Of a stretch of 64,000 bases of DNA, positions 24,124 to 36,618 are shown in pieces; position 1 is the first letter of the stretch; each line of letters begins with the position of its first letter. Location of the stretch: assembly GCF_039654945.1 (NCBI RefSeq), contig NW_027361716.1, positions 11,904,001-11,968,000 on the forward strand, written 5' to 3'. The notes under the pieces are model-generated. The model had not been told where the DNA came from. It did no database searches and worked only from the letters and a program-made list of their open reading frames with translations. Position numbers and translations under genes: made by a program. This DNA comes from Dendrobates tinctorius (taxonomy: Eukaryota).

Positions 24124-25302
24124 GGGCCCAATTTATCAAGACAAATATAGCACAAAAAAGGTCTTAGAGAGCCTCCAAAAATTCAAAAAATACTAGCAAA
24201 AGGCTGAGATGCTTACCTCACAAGGTCTCCAAACAAATGCACCATCAGGATACAGTGGACCCATGTAGTTAAGATGGCGGCAACAAGGTGCAGAAATACC
24301 GATGTGGCAACCACTCACAACCTCCCAATCCCAATGGAAGGGGTGGCTGCTTGGTATATTACTGCACAAAAAAAGACCAAATGGGCCCAACTGCACCCTG
24401 AAAAAATGTTTGCAAAAAACACATATAAAAAATATGTGAGGTATTAATTAATACTTTTGTCAAAATACATAAGCTCGTAACCCACGCCACGGGTCCCCAC
24501 ACTTTCTTTTAAGTGTGGGGACCCATAATGTTGGTTACAAGCTTATGTATTTTGGCCAAAGTATTAACTTAATACCGCACATATTTTTTATATGTGTTTT
24601 TTGCACATTTTTCAGGGTGCAGTTGGGCCCATTTGGTCTTGTAAACTGTGGTGTCTCTTCACTTGGGATGGATTGGATAGCGCTAGGCAGCCCACCTGAT
24701 CTAATAGAAGGGTGTCACTAATAGGTTGTTAACCTGGATGCGGTGCATTTCCATTGTGTGAACAGCGCCGCATACAAGTCTTTTATGTGCAGTAATATAC
24801 CAAGCAGCCACCCCCTCCATTAGGATTGGGAGGTTGTGAGTGGTTGACTCATTGGTATTTCTGCACCTGTGTTGCCCCCATCTTAACTACATGGGTCCAC
24901 TTCATCACGACTTTATCATGGCCAGCATTTTTCACATCGGTTTTGATAAGGAGATGTGTTGGAGAGAGCCGCTCCTGATTAATAAAGAGGCATACATACA
25001 TAAATCTGGAGCCTCAGATAAGCGGCGCGCACCTCTGTTTGCACCTTGCCATAAATCCTACTCCAGTCCTTGCTGGAGTAATATTTGTGGCATAGTTAAC
25101 ACTACCGCTCATCATGTTTAGATGCAGTCATCATGCCCCCACTCCGACCCAGTTCTGCCCACTCTGTTCCACGGTGAAAGTGGTGTGAGAACACCGAAGG
25201 TCTCAAAATTTTATTGTGGCTTCGAGTTAAGGCAAAATGATGTGACTTTTCAAAGCTTTTTATGCCAGAATACTGGCTTAAAAGCTTTGATGAGTTGGGC
25301 CC
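24124..25302. mobile_element. Harbinger-like MITE with nested palindromic insertion
   Basis: TIR gggcccaatttatcaa / ttgatgagttgggccc; 3-bp TSD ata. Confidence 0.65.
24253..24901. repeat. Long imperfect inverted repeat of unassigned family
   Basis: 24253-24368 pairs with 24786-24901; 24374-24502 pairs with 24511-24640. Confidence 0.85.
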
Positions 25303-25411
25303 ATAATTTACATTGTCAAAACTATGTAGTGGTGTTCTCCCATACTTAAGAAGTTAAACTCAAAGGGGCTTTATGATGTAAATATCTGGGTCAGCATCCA
25401 CCGAGCTGGAT

Positions 25412-27718
25412 TGTAACGGTGGCCAAATTCAGGGCCGGCTCCAGATTTTTGAGGGCCCCGGGCGAAAGAGTCTCAGTGCCCCCCCCTTTAACACATACCA
25501 CGATTCATGATGCACAGATACAGCAGAAAAGCCCCTTAGTGACCACCACAAAATCGCGTATTTCTGGTCACTAATGGGGTCAGTGCCCAACCATTACTGA
25601 AGCTTCAGAAACAACGTACAGAAAAACACAATGAAGATCGTACACAGCCGATCACTGAGACTGAACGCTCAATATCTGTAGGGCGCCCGACATAGCGCAC
25701 CAGCTGTGCCCTGGCCAGGAAGGAGCCCACCCACACCTGTGTGCCACAGCCATAAAGACTAATGCCCCCCCTCAGCCACATGCCATGGCCAAGAAGACCG
25801 CCCCCCTCATGTCACGGCTAAGACTGCCCCCCTCATGCCAAGGCCAGGGAGACCACCCCTCCCCCCTCATGCCACGGCCAGGAAGACCGCCTCTCCTCCC
25901 CATGCCATGGCCAGGGAGTCCGCCCCTCCCCCATGCCATGGCCAGGAAGACCACCCCTCCCCCCATACCATGGCCAGGGAGACCGCCCCAGCCACACACC
26001 TCAACCAGGTAGACAGCTGCCCCACACCAGCTCTCATGTGGCAGAGTACATACACTATAACGTCACTTGACCACTGACACAAGAGAACAGACAATGATAA
26101 TCAGGATGCGGCTGCCTGATGACCACCTCACCTTCTCTGAGCCTGGCTGATCCCGCACATCACTACCATATTCTGCCTCAGGGGGAGATATTAAGGCTTG
26201 TTCACATCAGGCAGAAGCCCCCAAAACCTTTCGTCCCCTTGCTCACAGGACCGATGTGCTGTGGGCTGCCCGTGTGTAGGGGGCGCTGCAGCTCTACACA
26301 GCATGGCTTCCCTCCAACTTGTTTCCCCATGTGGATTTCTCTGCACATGTCACACCTACAATTACATTGGACATTTTCAGGTGTAAAATCTCTTGTGGAT
26401 TGTATCGCGGATCCACAGCAAAAATCTGCAACCATCCCAGGAGGCCTCGAGGCGCATGTGCAGCCAATTTCACATGCTGAACAGAAAAGATGAAATCTGA
26501 TGGGGAAAGTCCCAGACACAAACAACAGCAGCGGAGGCGTGGCCCTGAGCCCCCTGCGGAGAGGACAAATCACACAAATCTGCTCAGAAATCCGCAGCCG
26601 ACCCTCGGAAGCTTGCGCTCATCTTGCAGCAGATCATGACAAACTTTACAGCCAATCACTCAATCTGCATCTGTCAGGCGACTGTCAACCGCAGCCCAAC
26701 CAGCGTACTATTCACACAGTGCCGCCGCTCTGTACTCACTGACGCAGGAGCCGCCACTTGGAGGAACCTCAGCGAGTGCCGGGATGTGCCAGACCATTTC
26801 TCAGAGCTGTGCACAAAGCTTCTGTCCTCCGCCCGCCTCGTCCTGTCTCCGCCTCGTCACTTCCTCCCTGCGGCACCCGTGAGAAGAGACAGGGGAGCTC
26901 TTCACCAATCACAGGAAGACAATCCTGACCGTCTGGACTCTGATTGGCTGACGCAATAGTTGTCCTGAATCTTATTTTGAATATGTGTCTGCTGCTGCAG
27001 CCACTGAGCTTTCATTGGTCGCATTCCCAGACAGTGTGAGTGGGCCCCCCTGTATCACCAGGGCCCCGGCACTTGCCCGAGTGCACCGGGTACTGACGCC
27101 GGCCCTGCGGCAAATGGTCACAGTAGTCTCACCGGCCGGTGAACCATCCTCAGTATAATTAAAAGGGGAAAGATATGGAAGCGATTAACAATCAGTCTGT
27201 CTCAAAAAGCTATGTACAGAACTCAGGTGCAACAGGTAAAACCTCACTTTTACTGAAGCAATTGATAACGATGACTACAGCTCTCTGCAGTTATTCAGTA
27301 CATGGAGCCAACAGCCCCTCATGGTGTGATGAAGCCAGCTCTTTTATGGCAATGTGTAGCAGCTCTCCTCACTCCCGCTGCACATAGCACTATACATGCA
27401 CTAAAACTTCTCCCCTCAGCCTGGACCTTGGCATCTACGGCACTTCCGGCTTAAAGGAAAGTACCTCATCTCTCTCTGACAACTGAGGATCGTATCAAGA
27501 CATCTCTCCTCTGATCACTTTTTGAGCCACGCTGGACACTATGTCCCACACGGCTGTACAGATTTCACTGTAGTCCTGACAAAGACCACAGCCAAGACAC
27601 TAGCTGGCTCCCTTCTCTCCAGCACCACTGAATCAAAAGGGCACAGGGTTGTTCCTTCTGAACTCAGGAGTTCTTCTGTGGGGGTTGCTACCCACCAGAT
27701 TTCACAATAGCCCTTACA
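25412..27718. mobile_element. Possible solo LTR interrupted by a hAT element
   Basis: tgtaac...ttaca termini; no matching TSD. Confidence 0.35.
25430..27107. mobile_element. hAT-like non-autonomous element with ~35-bp minisatellite (25780-25990)
   Basis: TIR cagggccggc / gccggccctg; imperfect TSD; repeats catgccatggccagggagacc. Confidence 0.7.
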
Positions 27719-28204
27719 CTAATAATATATGTGTGTAAAAATGGCAGAAGAGCTGGCGTCTCACGCCATCATAGTTCACAGACATTTGTGAAGCCTGACT
27801 TTGAAGTAAAGAAGGAAAGAAGGAAGAAAGAAGAAGGAAGAATAACTACAGCTATTGTACTTGTGTAGTGACAATCCTCAGCACTTGATATTGTGCTCCC
27901 CGGTGGTCTCCTGGAATCAACAATCAGTGGTGAGCAGGAAGTGTCCACTGCAGTCAATCAGTGGCCACTGATCAGCAGCAACTTGTACATTTCATCCAGC
28001 AGGAGACACATTGCCAAATGTAGATGAGAGACGCCAGTATGGAAAGTTAGTATAGAGGTTTTTTTGTTCATTACTCCACCATGAACCCACTGAATTTACC
28101 TTTTAAAGTAGTGGACAACTTATTTAATAATTTAAAAGCAGTATGTTGCAAAGCAAAAAAGGCCAAAAGAGCTTAGCAGAATATATGGTCTTGTGGGAAA
28201 AGAT

Positions 28205-28950
28205 TAGATGGGTTGTCCACAACTAGGAGAATTCCTTCTTAAACTATATGTCTGGCACGAATAAAATATTAAAGCCTTGTTGGAATATGTTTGATGCAAC
28301 AACTCCATACATGTCTATGAGTGTTTAGTTGCTAGACTTGTATGCTGTTTATAACGTTAAAAAAAACTCCCAGAGGCTCACACAGGGAGAGCATGTGACT
28401 GTATTGCCTGTTTTTTTCCTGTGTCTGTGTATGAGAGAAGCAGCCTGCTATGGATGCTGCACAGATAGAGACACAAAATCACTAATTCCTGATCTGTTAA
28501 GTATATTGTTCCTGTTTGTTCCTGAATAAAGAAGCTCTGTTGTCACAGGCTTGGAGAGTATCCTGAGTAATCCACTGCCAAGAAGCCTGTACTCACATCC
28601 TGTGCAGGCGTCATTCCCACGGTGTCGGCAGTGCCTTTCCCCGGGGCTGTGATGCAGTGTTGTGACATGTGATGCCGATGCTCAATCAGCATTGGCAGCA
28701 CTATCTTCACCTTTTAACAAACTGAACATGAGGAGGAAGCCAGGGCTGCAGCTCATCCCGGACATCTTCTTCATGTTCAGTATGTGCAAAGGCAGAGACA
28801 GTGACGCATAACGTGTCATTCCACCACATCACAACCCTGGGGAGAGCGAATGCCAACACCGCTAGAACAGTGCCGGAACGGGAGGTAAGTATAAGCTTTA
28901 TTATTTTAGCGGGGCCAAACATTTTGTTTAAGAAGGGGTTGTCCTAGTAT
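28205..28950. mobile_element. Degraded Kolobok/T2-like MITE
   Basis: gggttgtcc-type ends; actaggagaattccttcttaa is inverted as ttaagaaggggttgtcctagt. Confidence 0.45.
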
Positions 28951-30858
28951 TGTAAGTATAACGTATAACTTGTTGAAATCCCTGCTTGTTCTATGTTCAG
29001 AAATCCAGTAGTTGGTCCTAATCAGTGATCGAAAATCTTCTCTGTATAAAGAGTTCAAGGAAGAATGTTGTGCAGGACCATCTTGGAGCTCATCGGCGCC
29101 CATGTGACCTTGATCGCAGGGTGCTGATGGGTTGCAATGACAGCCAGAGGTCTGTTAAATACCTCTGTGGTTGTCATGACAATTCTGTGAAAGCCAGCAT
29201 TTACCTGGCATTCATAGGAGACTGTAATGTTCACTATGCGTAGCAGTACAGTGGATAACAGTGTACAGCAAAAGTGATCAGACAATTGCAGCTTTAGGTT
29301 TACTAAGGGGACTATTAAATACAGTAAAAGAAAGTTTAAAAAAACATGAAAAATAAAAAAAGCACAAAAGTTCAAATTCCACCCCACTTAAAACCTTCCT
29401 GACATCAGACGTACTATCCCGTTCATGGGCCCCGGGCCCCTATGCCCATGGACGGGATAGTACGTCTAGCGCGATCAGCGGCGCCCACGTGGTGAGCGCC
29501 GCTGCTCGCGGCCGGGTGTCAGCTGATTATCACAGCTGACACCCGGCACTATGTGTCAGGGGTGGTCACGGACCGCCCCCGACACGTTAACCCCTTGCAC
29601 ACCGCGATCAAACATGATCGCGGTGTACCGGGGGTTAAAGGGAAGCATCAGCAGGGAGGGGGCTCCCTCCGTGCTTCCCTGAGCCCCCCACAGCAGCGCA
29701 ATGTGCAGCGCTGCTGCGGGGGACTCCTTTCCTCCAGGCCCCCGGATCCAAGATGGCGACGGGGGCCTTCGGGGGCCTGGAGGAAGCTGGCTTCCTCAGT
29801 GCCTGCAAAGCGCAGGCATGAGGAAGCCTTGTGCACTGCCTGTGACAGATTGCTGATCTGTCACAGTGATCTGTGATGTGACAGATCAGCGCTCTGTCAC
29901 AGGACAGTGATGTCCCACCTGGGACTATGTAATAAAGTAAAAAAAAAATTAAAAAAAAGTGTAAAAATAATTTTAAATAAATTGCCAAATAAATTAGTAA
30001 AAAAAAAAAAATATTCCCCAATAAATTCATTTTTTGAAAATAAAAAAACAAAATAATAAAAGTACACATATTAGGTATCACCGCGTCCGTAACGACCCAC
30101 CCTATAAAACTGTCCCAGTAGTTAACCCCTTTAGCGAACCCCTTAAAAAATAAAAATAAAAAACGAAGCAAAAAATAATGATTTATTATCATACCGCCAA
30201 ACAAAAAGTGTAATAACGCGCGATCAAAAAGACGCATATAAATATCCATGGTACCGCTGAAAACGTCATCTTGTCCCGCAAATAACGAGCCACCACACAG
30301 CATCATCAGTGAAAAAATAAAAAAGTTATAGCTCGCAGAATAAAGCGATGCAAAAATAATTATTTTTTATATAAAATAGTTTTCATTGCATAAAACCGAC
30401 AAAACATAAAAAAACGACCTAAATGAGGTATCGCTGTAACCGTACTGACCCGAAGAAAAAAACCGCTTTATCAATTTTACCGCACGCGGAACGGTATAAA
30501 CGCACTCCCCCAAAAGAAATTCATGAAACGCTGGTTTTTGTTCATTCTGCGTCCCAAAAATCGGAATAAAAAGCGATCAAAAAATGTCACATGCCCGAAA
30601 ATAGTACCAATAAAAACGTCAACTCGTCCCGCAAAAAATAAGACCTCACATGACTCGGTGGGTCAAAATACGGAAAAATTATAGCTCTCAATATGTGGTG
30701 ATGCAAAAACTATTTTTACAATAAAAAGCGTCTTTTAGCGTGCGACAGCTGCCAAAAATAAAAACCGCCATAAATAGTAAATCAAACCCCCCGTTATCAC
30801 CCCCTTAGTTAGGGAAAAATGATAAAATTAAAAAAATGTATTTATTTCCATTTTTCCA

Positions 30859-30966
30859 TTAGGGCTAGGGTTAGGGCTAGGGTTAGGGTTAGGGTTAGGG
30901 CTAGGGTTAGGGTTAGGGTTAGGGCTAGGGTTAGGGCTTGGGTTAGGGCTGAGATTAGGGTTAGGG
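30859..30966 (+). repeat. Interstitial telomere-like repeat (TTAGGG/CTAGGG)n
   Basis: About 18 hexamers directly visible. Confidence 0.95.
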
Positions 30967-30999
30967 GTGTGTTGGGGTTCGGGTTGGAGTTAGAATTGG

Positions 31000-33560
31000 G
31001 GGTTTCCACTGATTGGGCACATCAGGGGCTCTCCAAATGCAACATTGCGTCTGATCTCAATTCCAGCCAATTCTGAGTTGAAAAAGTCATATGGTGCTCC
31101 TTCCCTTCCAAGCTCTGCCATGCGCCCAAACAGTGTTTTACCCCCACATGTAGGGTATCAGCCTACTCAGGACAAATTGCAAAACAACTTTTGGGGTCCA
31201 ATTTCTCCTGTTACCCTTAGGAAATTAAAAAAATGGGGGCAAAAATATCATTTTTGTGGAAAAAAATGATTTTTTTATTTTCACGTCCGAGCGTTATAAA
31301 CTTCTGTGAAGCACTTGGGGGTTCAAAGTGCTCACCACACATCTAGATAAGTTCCGTGGGGGGTCTAGTGTCCAAAATGGGGTCACTTGTTGGGAGTTTC
31401 AATAGTTTAGGTACATCAGGGGCTCTCCAAACGCACATGACACCCGCAGACCATTCCATCAAAGTCTGCATTCCAAAATGGCACTGCTTCCCTTCCGAGC
31501 CCCAACGTGTGTCTATACAGTAGTTTTCTCCCACATATGGGGTGTCAGCGTACTCAGGACAAATTGGACAACAACTTTTGGGGTCCAATTTCTCCTGTTA
31601 CCCTTGGGAAAATGAAAAAATTGGGGACTAATTGATCATGTTTGTGGAAAAAATAAGATTTTTTTATTTTCATGCCCGGGCATTATAAACTTCTGTGAAG
31701 CCCTTGGGGGTTCAAATTGCTCACCACACATCTAGATAAGTTCCTTAGGGGTTCTCGTTTCCAAATTGGGGTCATTTGTGGGTGTTTCCACTGTTTAGGT
31801 ACATTAGGGGCTCTCCAAAGGCAACATGACACCCGCAGACCATTCCATCAAAGTCTGCATTCCAAAACGTCACTACTTCCCTTCCGAGCCCTGACGTGTG
31901 TCCATACAGTAGTTTTCTCCCACATATGGGGTGTCAGCTTACTCAGGACAAATTGGACAACAACTTTTGGGGTTCAATTTCTCCTGTTACCCTTGGGAAA
32001 ATAAAAAAATTGGGGACTAGTTGATCATGTTTGTGGGAAAAATACGATTTTTTTATTTTCATGCCCTGGCATTATAAACTTCTGTGAAGCCCTTGGGGGT
32101 TCAAAGTGCTCACCTCACATCTAGATAAGTTCCTTAGGGGGTCTAGTTTTCAAAATGGGGTCATTTGTGGGGGGTTTCCACTGTTTAGGTACATTAGGGG
32201 CTCTCCAAAGGCAACATGACACCCGCAGACCATTCCATCAATGTCTGCATTCCAAAACGTCACTACTTCCCTTCCGAGCCCTGACGTGTGTCCATATAGT
32301 AGTTTTCTCCCACATATGGGGTGTCAGCTTACTCAGGACAAATTGGACAACAACTTTTGGGGTTCAATTTCTCCTTTTACCCTTGGGAAAATAAAAAAAT
32401 TGGGGAATAATTGATCATGTTTGTGGAAAAAATACGATTTTTTTATTTTCATGCCCGGGCATTATAAACTTCTGTGAAGCCCTTGGGGGTTTAAAGTGCT
32501 CACCTCACATCTAGATAAGTTCCTTAGGGGGTCTAGTTTTCAAAATGGGGTCATTTGTGGGGGGTTTCCACTGTTTAGATACATTAGGGGCTCTCCAAAG
32601 GCAACATGACACCCGCAGACCATTCCATCAATGTCTGCATTCCAAAACGTCACTACTTCCCTTCCGATCCCCGACGTGTTCCCATACAGTAGTTTTCTCC
32701 CACATATGGGGTATCAGCATACTCAGGACAAATTGGACAACAACTTTTGGGGTCCAATTTCTCCTGTTACCCTTGGGAAAATAAAAAAAATGGTGACTAA
32801 AAGATCATGTTTGTGGAAAAAATACGAATTTTTTATTTTCACGCCCGGGCGTTATAAACTTCTGTGAAGCACTGGGGGGTTCAAAGTGCTCACCACACAT
32901 CTAGATAAGTTCCTTGGGGGGTCTAGTTTCCAAAATGGTGTCATTTGTGGGGGGTTTCCACTGTTTAGGTACATCAGGGGTTTTCCAATCGCGACATGAT
33001 GTCCGATCTCAATTCCAGCCAAAAACGTCAAATGGCGCTGCTTCCCTTCCGAGCTCTGCCATGCGCCCAAATAGTGGTTTACCCCCACATTTGGGGTATC
33101 AGCATACTCAGGACAAATTGCACAATAACTTTTAGGGTCCTGTTACCCTTGGGAAAATAAAAATTGGGGTGAAAAGTTCATTTTTGTGGAAAAAATATGA
33201 TTTTTTAATTGTACCGCTGTACGTTATAAACTTCTGTAAAGCCCTTGTGGGTTCAAAGTTCTCACCACATATCTAGATAAGTTCCTTGGGGGGTCTAGTT
33301 TCCAAAATGGGGTCACTTGTAGGGGGTTTCCACTGTTTAGGTACATCAGGGACTCTCCAAACGTGACATGGCGTCCGATCTGAATTCCAGCCAATTTTGC
33401 ATTGAAAAAGTCAAACGGCGCTCCTTCCATTCTGAGCTCTGCCATGCGCCGAAACAGTCGTTCCCCCCCACAAATCAGGTATCAGCGTACTCAGGACAAA
33501 TTGCACAATAACTTTTGCAGTCCAATTTCTCCTGTTACCCTTGGTAAAATAAAAAAAATT
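31000..33560. repeat. ~390-bp tandem array, about 6.5 units, two unit types
   Basis: ttataaacttctgt recurs at ~31294, 31683, 32072, 32462, 32852 and 33224. Confidence 0.95.
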
Positions 33561-34288
33561 GAACCTGAATTATTTTTTTTGTGAAAAAAAGTTAGATGTT
33601 CATTTTTTTTTAAATATTCAAAAAAATTCCTGTGACGCACCTAAAGGGTTAATAAACTTCTTGAATGTGGTTTTGAGCACCTTAAGGGGTGCAGTTTTTA
33701 GAATGGTGTCACTTTTGGGTATTTTCTATCATATAGACCCCTCAAAGTGGCTTCAAATGTGATGTGGTCCTAAAAATAAAATGGTGTTGTAAAAATGAGA
33801 AATCGCTGGTCAACTTTTAACCCTTATAACTTCCTAACAAAAAAAAAATGTGGTTCCAAAATTGTGCTGATGTAAAGTAAACATGTGGGAAATGTTAGTT
33901 ATCAAGTTTTTTGTGTGCCGTATCTCTGTGATTTAAGGGCATAAAAATTCAAAGTTGGAAAATTGCGAAATTTTCAAAATTTTTGCCAAATTTCCGTGTT
34001 TTTCACAAATAAACGCAAGTTATTTGAATGAAATTTTACCACTAACATGAAGTACAATATGTCACGAGAAAACAATTTCAGAATCACCGGGATCCATAGA
34101 AGCGTTCCAGAGTTATGACCTCATAAAGGTACAGTGGTCAGAATTGTAAAAATTGGCCCGGTCATGAATGTGCAAACCACCCTTGGGGGTGAAGGGGTTA
34201 AAAAAACCAATTAAATAAATTAAAAATCCACATATTTGGTATTAAAATAAGCGTAAAAGTCTAATCTATCAAAATATAAAATGAAGTA

Positions 34289-35091
34289 CCGTATATATTC
34301 GAGTATAAGCCAACCCGAGTATAAGCCGAGGCACCTAATTTTGCCACGGAAAACTGGGTAAGCTTATTGACTCGAGTATAAGCCGAGTATGCATTGTCCC
34401 CCTCATCCCTGTCATGCTATGTGTGGCTTTCACCATCCTGTCCCGGTATGTGTAGCTCTCCATGTTGTATGCATGGTTCACCCCCCTCCCATCCTTGTAT
34501 GCATGGCTCACCCCTGTCCCATCCCATCATTGTATGCATGGCTCACCCCCCGTTCCATCCTTGTATGCATGGCTCACCCCCCATCCTTGTATGCATGGCT
34601 CACCCCCGTCCCATCGTTATATGAATGGCTCACCCCCCGTCCCATCCTTGTATGCATGGCTCACCCCCGTCTCATTGTTATATGCATGGCTCACCTCCGT
34701 CCCATCGTTATATGCATGGCTCACTCCCGAGCTACTCACCCTCCTCACGCCGCCCCTGCATCTCCTTCCCGGTGCCAGCAGCTCTCCTGTGCCGAAGGAT
34801 CACATGGTACCGCTCATTAAGGTAATGAATACACGCTCCACGCCTATGGAGACGCTTGCATAGTCATTACCTTAATGATCTATACCACGTGATCGCTCAG
34901 CACAGGGGAAGAGCTGCCAGCGCCAGGATGGAGATGCAGGGACTGAGATGCAGCGACGGAGGGTGAGTATGACGCTCCCCTTCCCCCGCCGGCTTTCTGA
35001 ACAATGACTCGTGTATAAGTCGAGGGGGGGGGGGCGTTTTCAGCACAAAAAAATGTGCGGAAACTCTCGGCCTATACAAGAGTATATACGG
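34289..35091. mobile_element. pogo/Tigger-like MITE with ~32-bp minisatellite (34480-34725)
   Basis: TIR ccgtatatattcgagtataagcc / ggcctatacaagagtatatacgg; TA TSD. Confidence 0.85.
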
Positions 35092-36618
35092 TAATCTGAT
35101 CAGTAAATGGCATAATGAGAGAAAGCAAAACACCAGAATTGGGTCCCTGCACATCTTCCCACGCCTCTCAGCTGTCACTGACAGCTGTCGGCACTGAACT
35201 GTCACCTGCTCATGACGTGCTATGTCCGTTATTGGCTGTAGAGGGGTTAAACACTGCACACGGATGGCGGAAGGATAGCACATGGTTGCCATCTGTGTGC
35301 TGTACGAGTTTTTCACAGTCCCAGACACTTATATTGGTGCTTGTCATTGGTGCTGCCGGAATGCAGCGGACATATGTAGCCCACCATAGGTTATAATGGT
35401 TACATGTGGTATCTGTGAAAAAAACAGATGCCACACGTGCTGGAAACACGAACGTGGGAAAAGAGCTTTAGTTGTTACAGTTTGTTAGTATGTTGTATGT
35501 CCTCCATACTGCATTGTATGAACACTTTGGCTTGCTGTGTAAGCTTCTCCTGTAACCCTTCAAGCTATTTTTATGAAGATAATGGTTTTTGTACGTCAAA
35601 GTAAAACAGTTTATTCTCCCACCATGTGAATCACTTTGCTGAAAGCTGAAATCTGGGACAAAAGTAATCTATAACCAGTAAAGATAGAACTTTCCTTGTA
35701 ATATAAGTAATTTGAGTGGGGATAGCCACCTCTTGAGTTAGTGCGAATTAATTCACAGAACCCAGTCCATCAGCCACGGCAGTACCCTTTGGCCACTGTT
35801 TGGGAGCCCTGCGGTTCTTCTTTTGATGTGTGTACTGTTCTGCCCTCTTAATAGGGCAAAGAATGTTTTATTATGTGCTGGGTTAATTATATCATCATCT
35901 AGTGGTGGCTGAATTTATAGCAGTGTCTTCAAAAGCATTATAAAGCCTGTGACTTTAACAGAAGCAATGCACATGGGATTAAAGCAGTGCTTTGTGGGAA
36001 GGAAGCAATGTATTCTGGGATTAAGAAGGGCCATTTTGCTTCTGTGGATCTCATAGGATGCACGTTATTTTGTCCTCCTGTGTAATCTTTGTTTTTCCTG
36101 CAACTTCTCTACTTGAGTCACTATCCGGCTAAAGCACATCTGTTTTACCGCGCATGTTCTATACTCTTCACAAATAATCAAGCTAGACTACAGAGAACAG
36201 TCTGCTTATTTTGGAAGACAGAGCTGTGGTTTATACTGTATACTGAATTGCACATCGTGTCAGTGTGCCAGAAGAGTAAAACAGATCACCATACACCTGT
36301 GACAGTGAATTCAAGCTGTAAGGGACCGCTATCACTCAGACTGCTTCGCATATGGGTACTACAGCAGCCGCCTTACAGCCACAGGAGACAAGCCCAGGGC
36401 TCAGTAATGGACCGCCAGTTGCACGTGGTGATTGCATAGACTGTACGGGACCGCTAACACCCACTGCTCTGCATACGGGTATCACAGCAGCCGCCATACA
36501 GCCGCAGAAAGCCACTGCAGCACTCCAAGAAGTGCTACATCTTTCCCGCCACGCGGAAGCCCACCATACATAGACTGTTTCCCTCTAATATACTAAGCAG
36601 TACTCAGCTAAACGCACT

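Larger units (their letters stand above)
29392..34197. mobile_element. Non-autonomous piggyBac-like element (Xenopus Tx1/Tx2-like architecture), nested in an older related element
   Basis: TTAA|aaccttc ... gaagggg|TTAA; no transposase; internal tandem array. Confidence 0.8.

Noticed and set aside
30819-31076. Arg-Val repeat protein, or a true chromosome end
   Set aside because: The ORF is a translation of TTAGGG repeats, and the tract is short and internal
31000-33560. CRISPR-like repeat-spacer array
   Set aside because: Eukaryotic context; whole units are repeated, with no unique spacers and no cas genes
34389-34863. Repetitive ORFs (CMAHP / LYAWLTP)
   Set aside because: Minisatellite open in all frames inside a MITE; the same applies to 25772-26094
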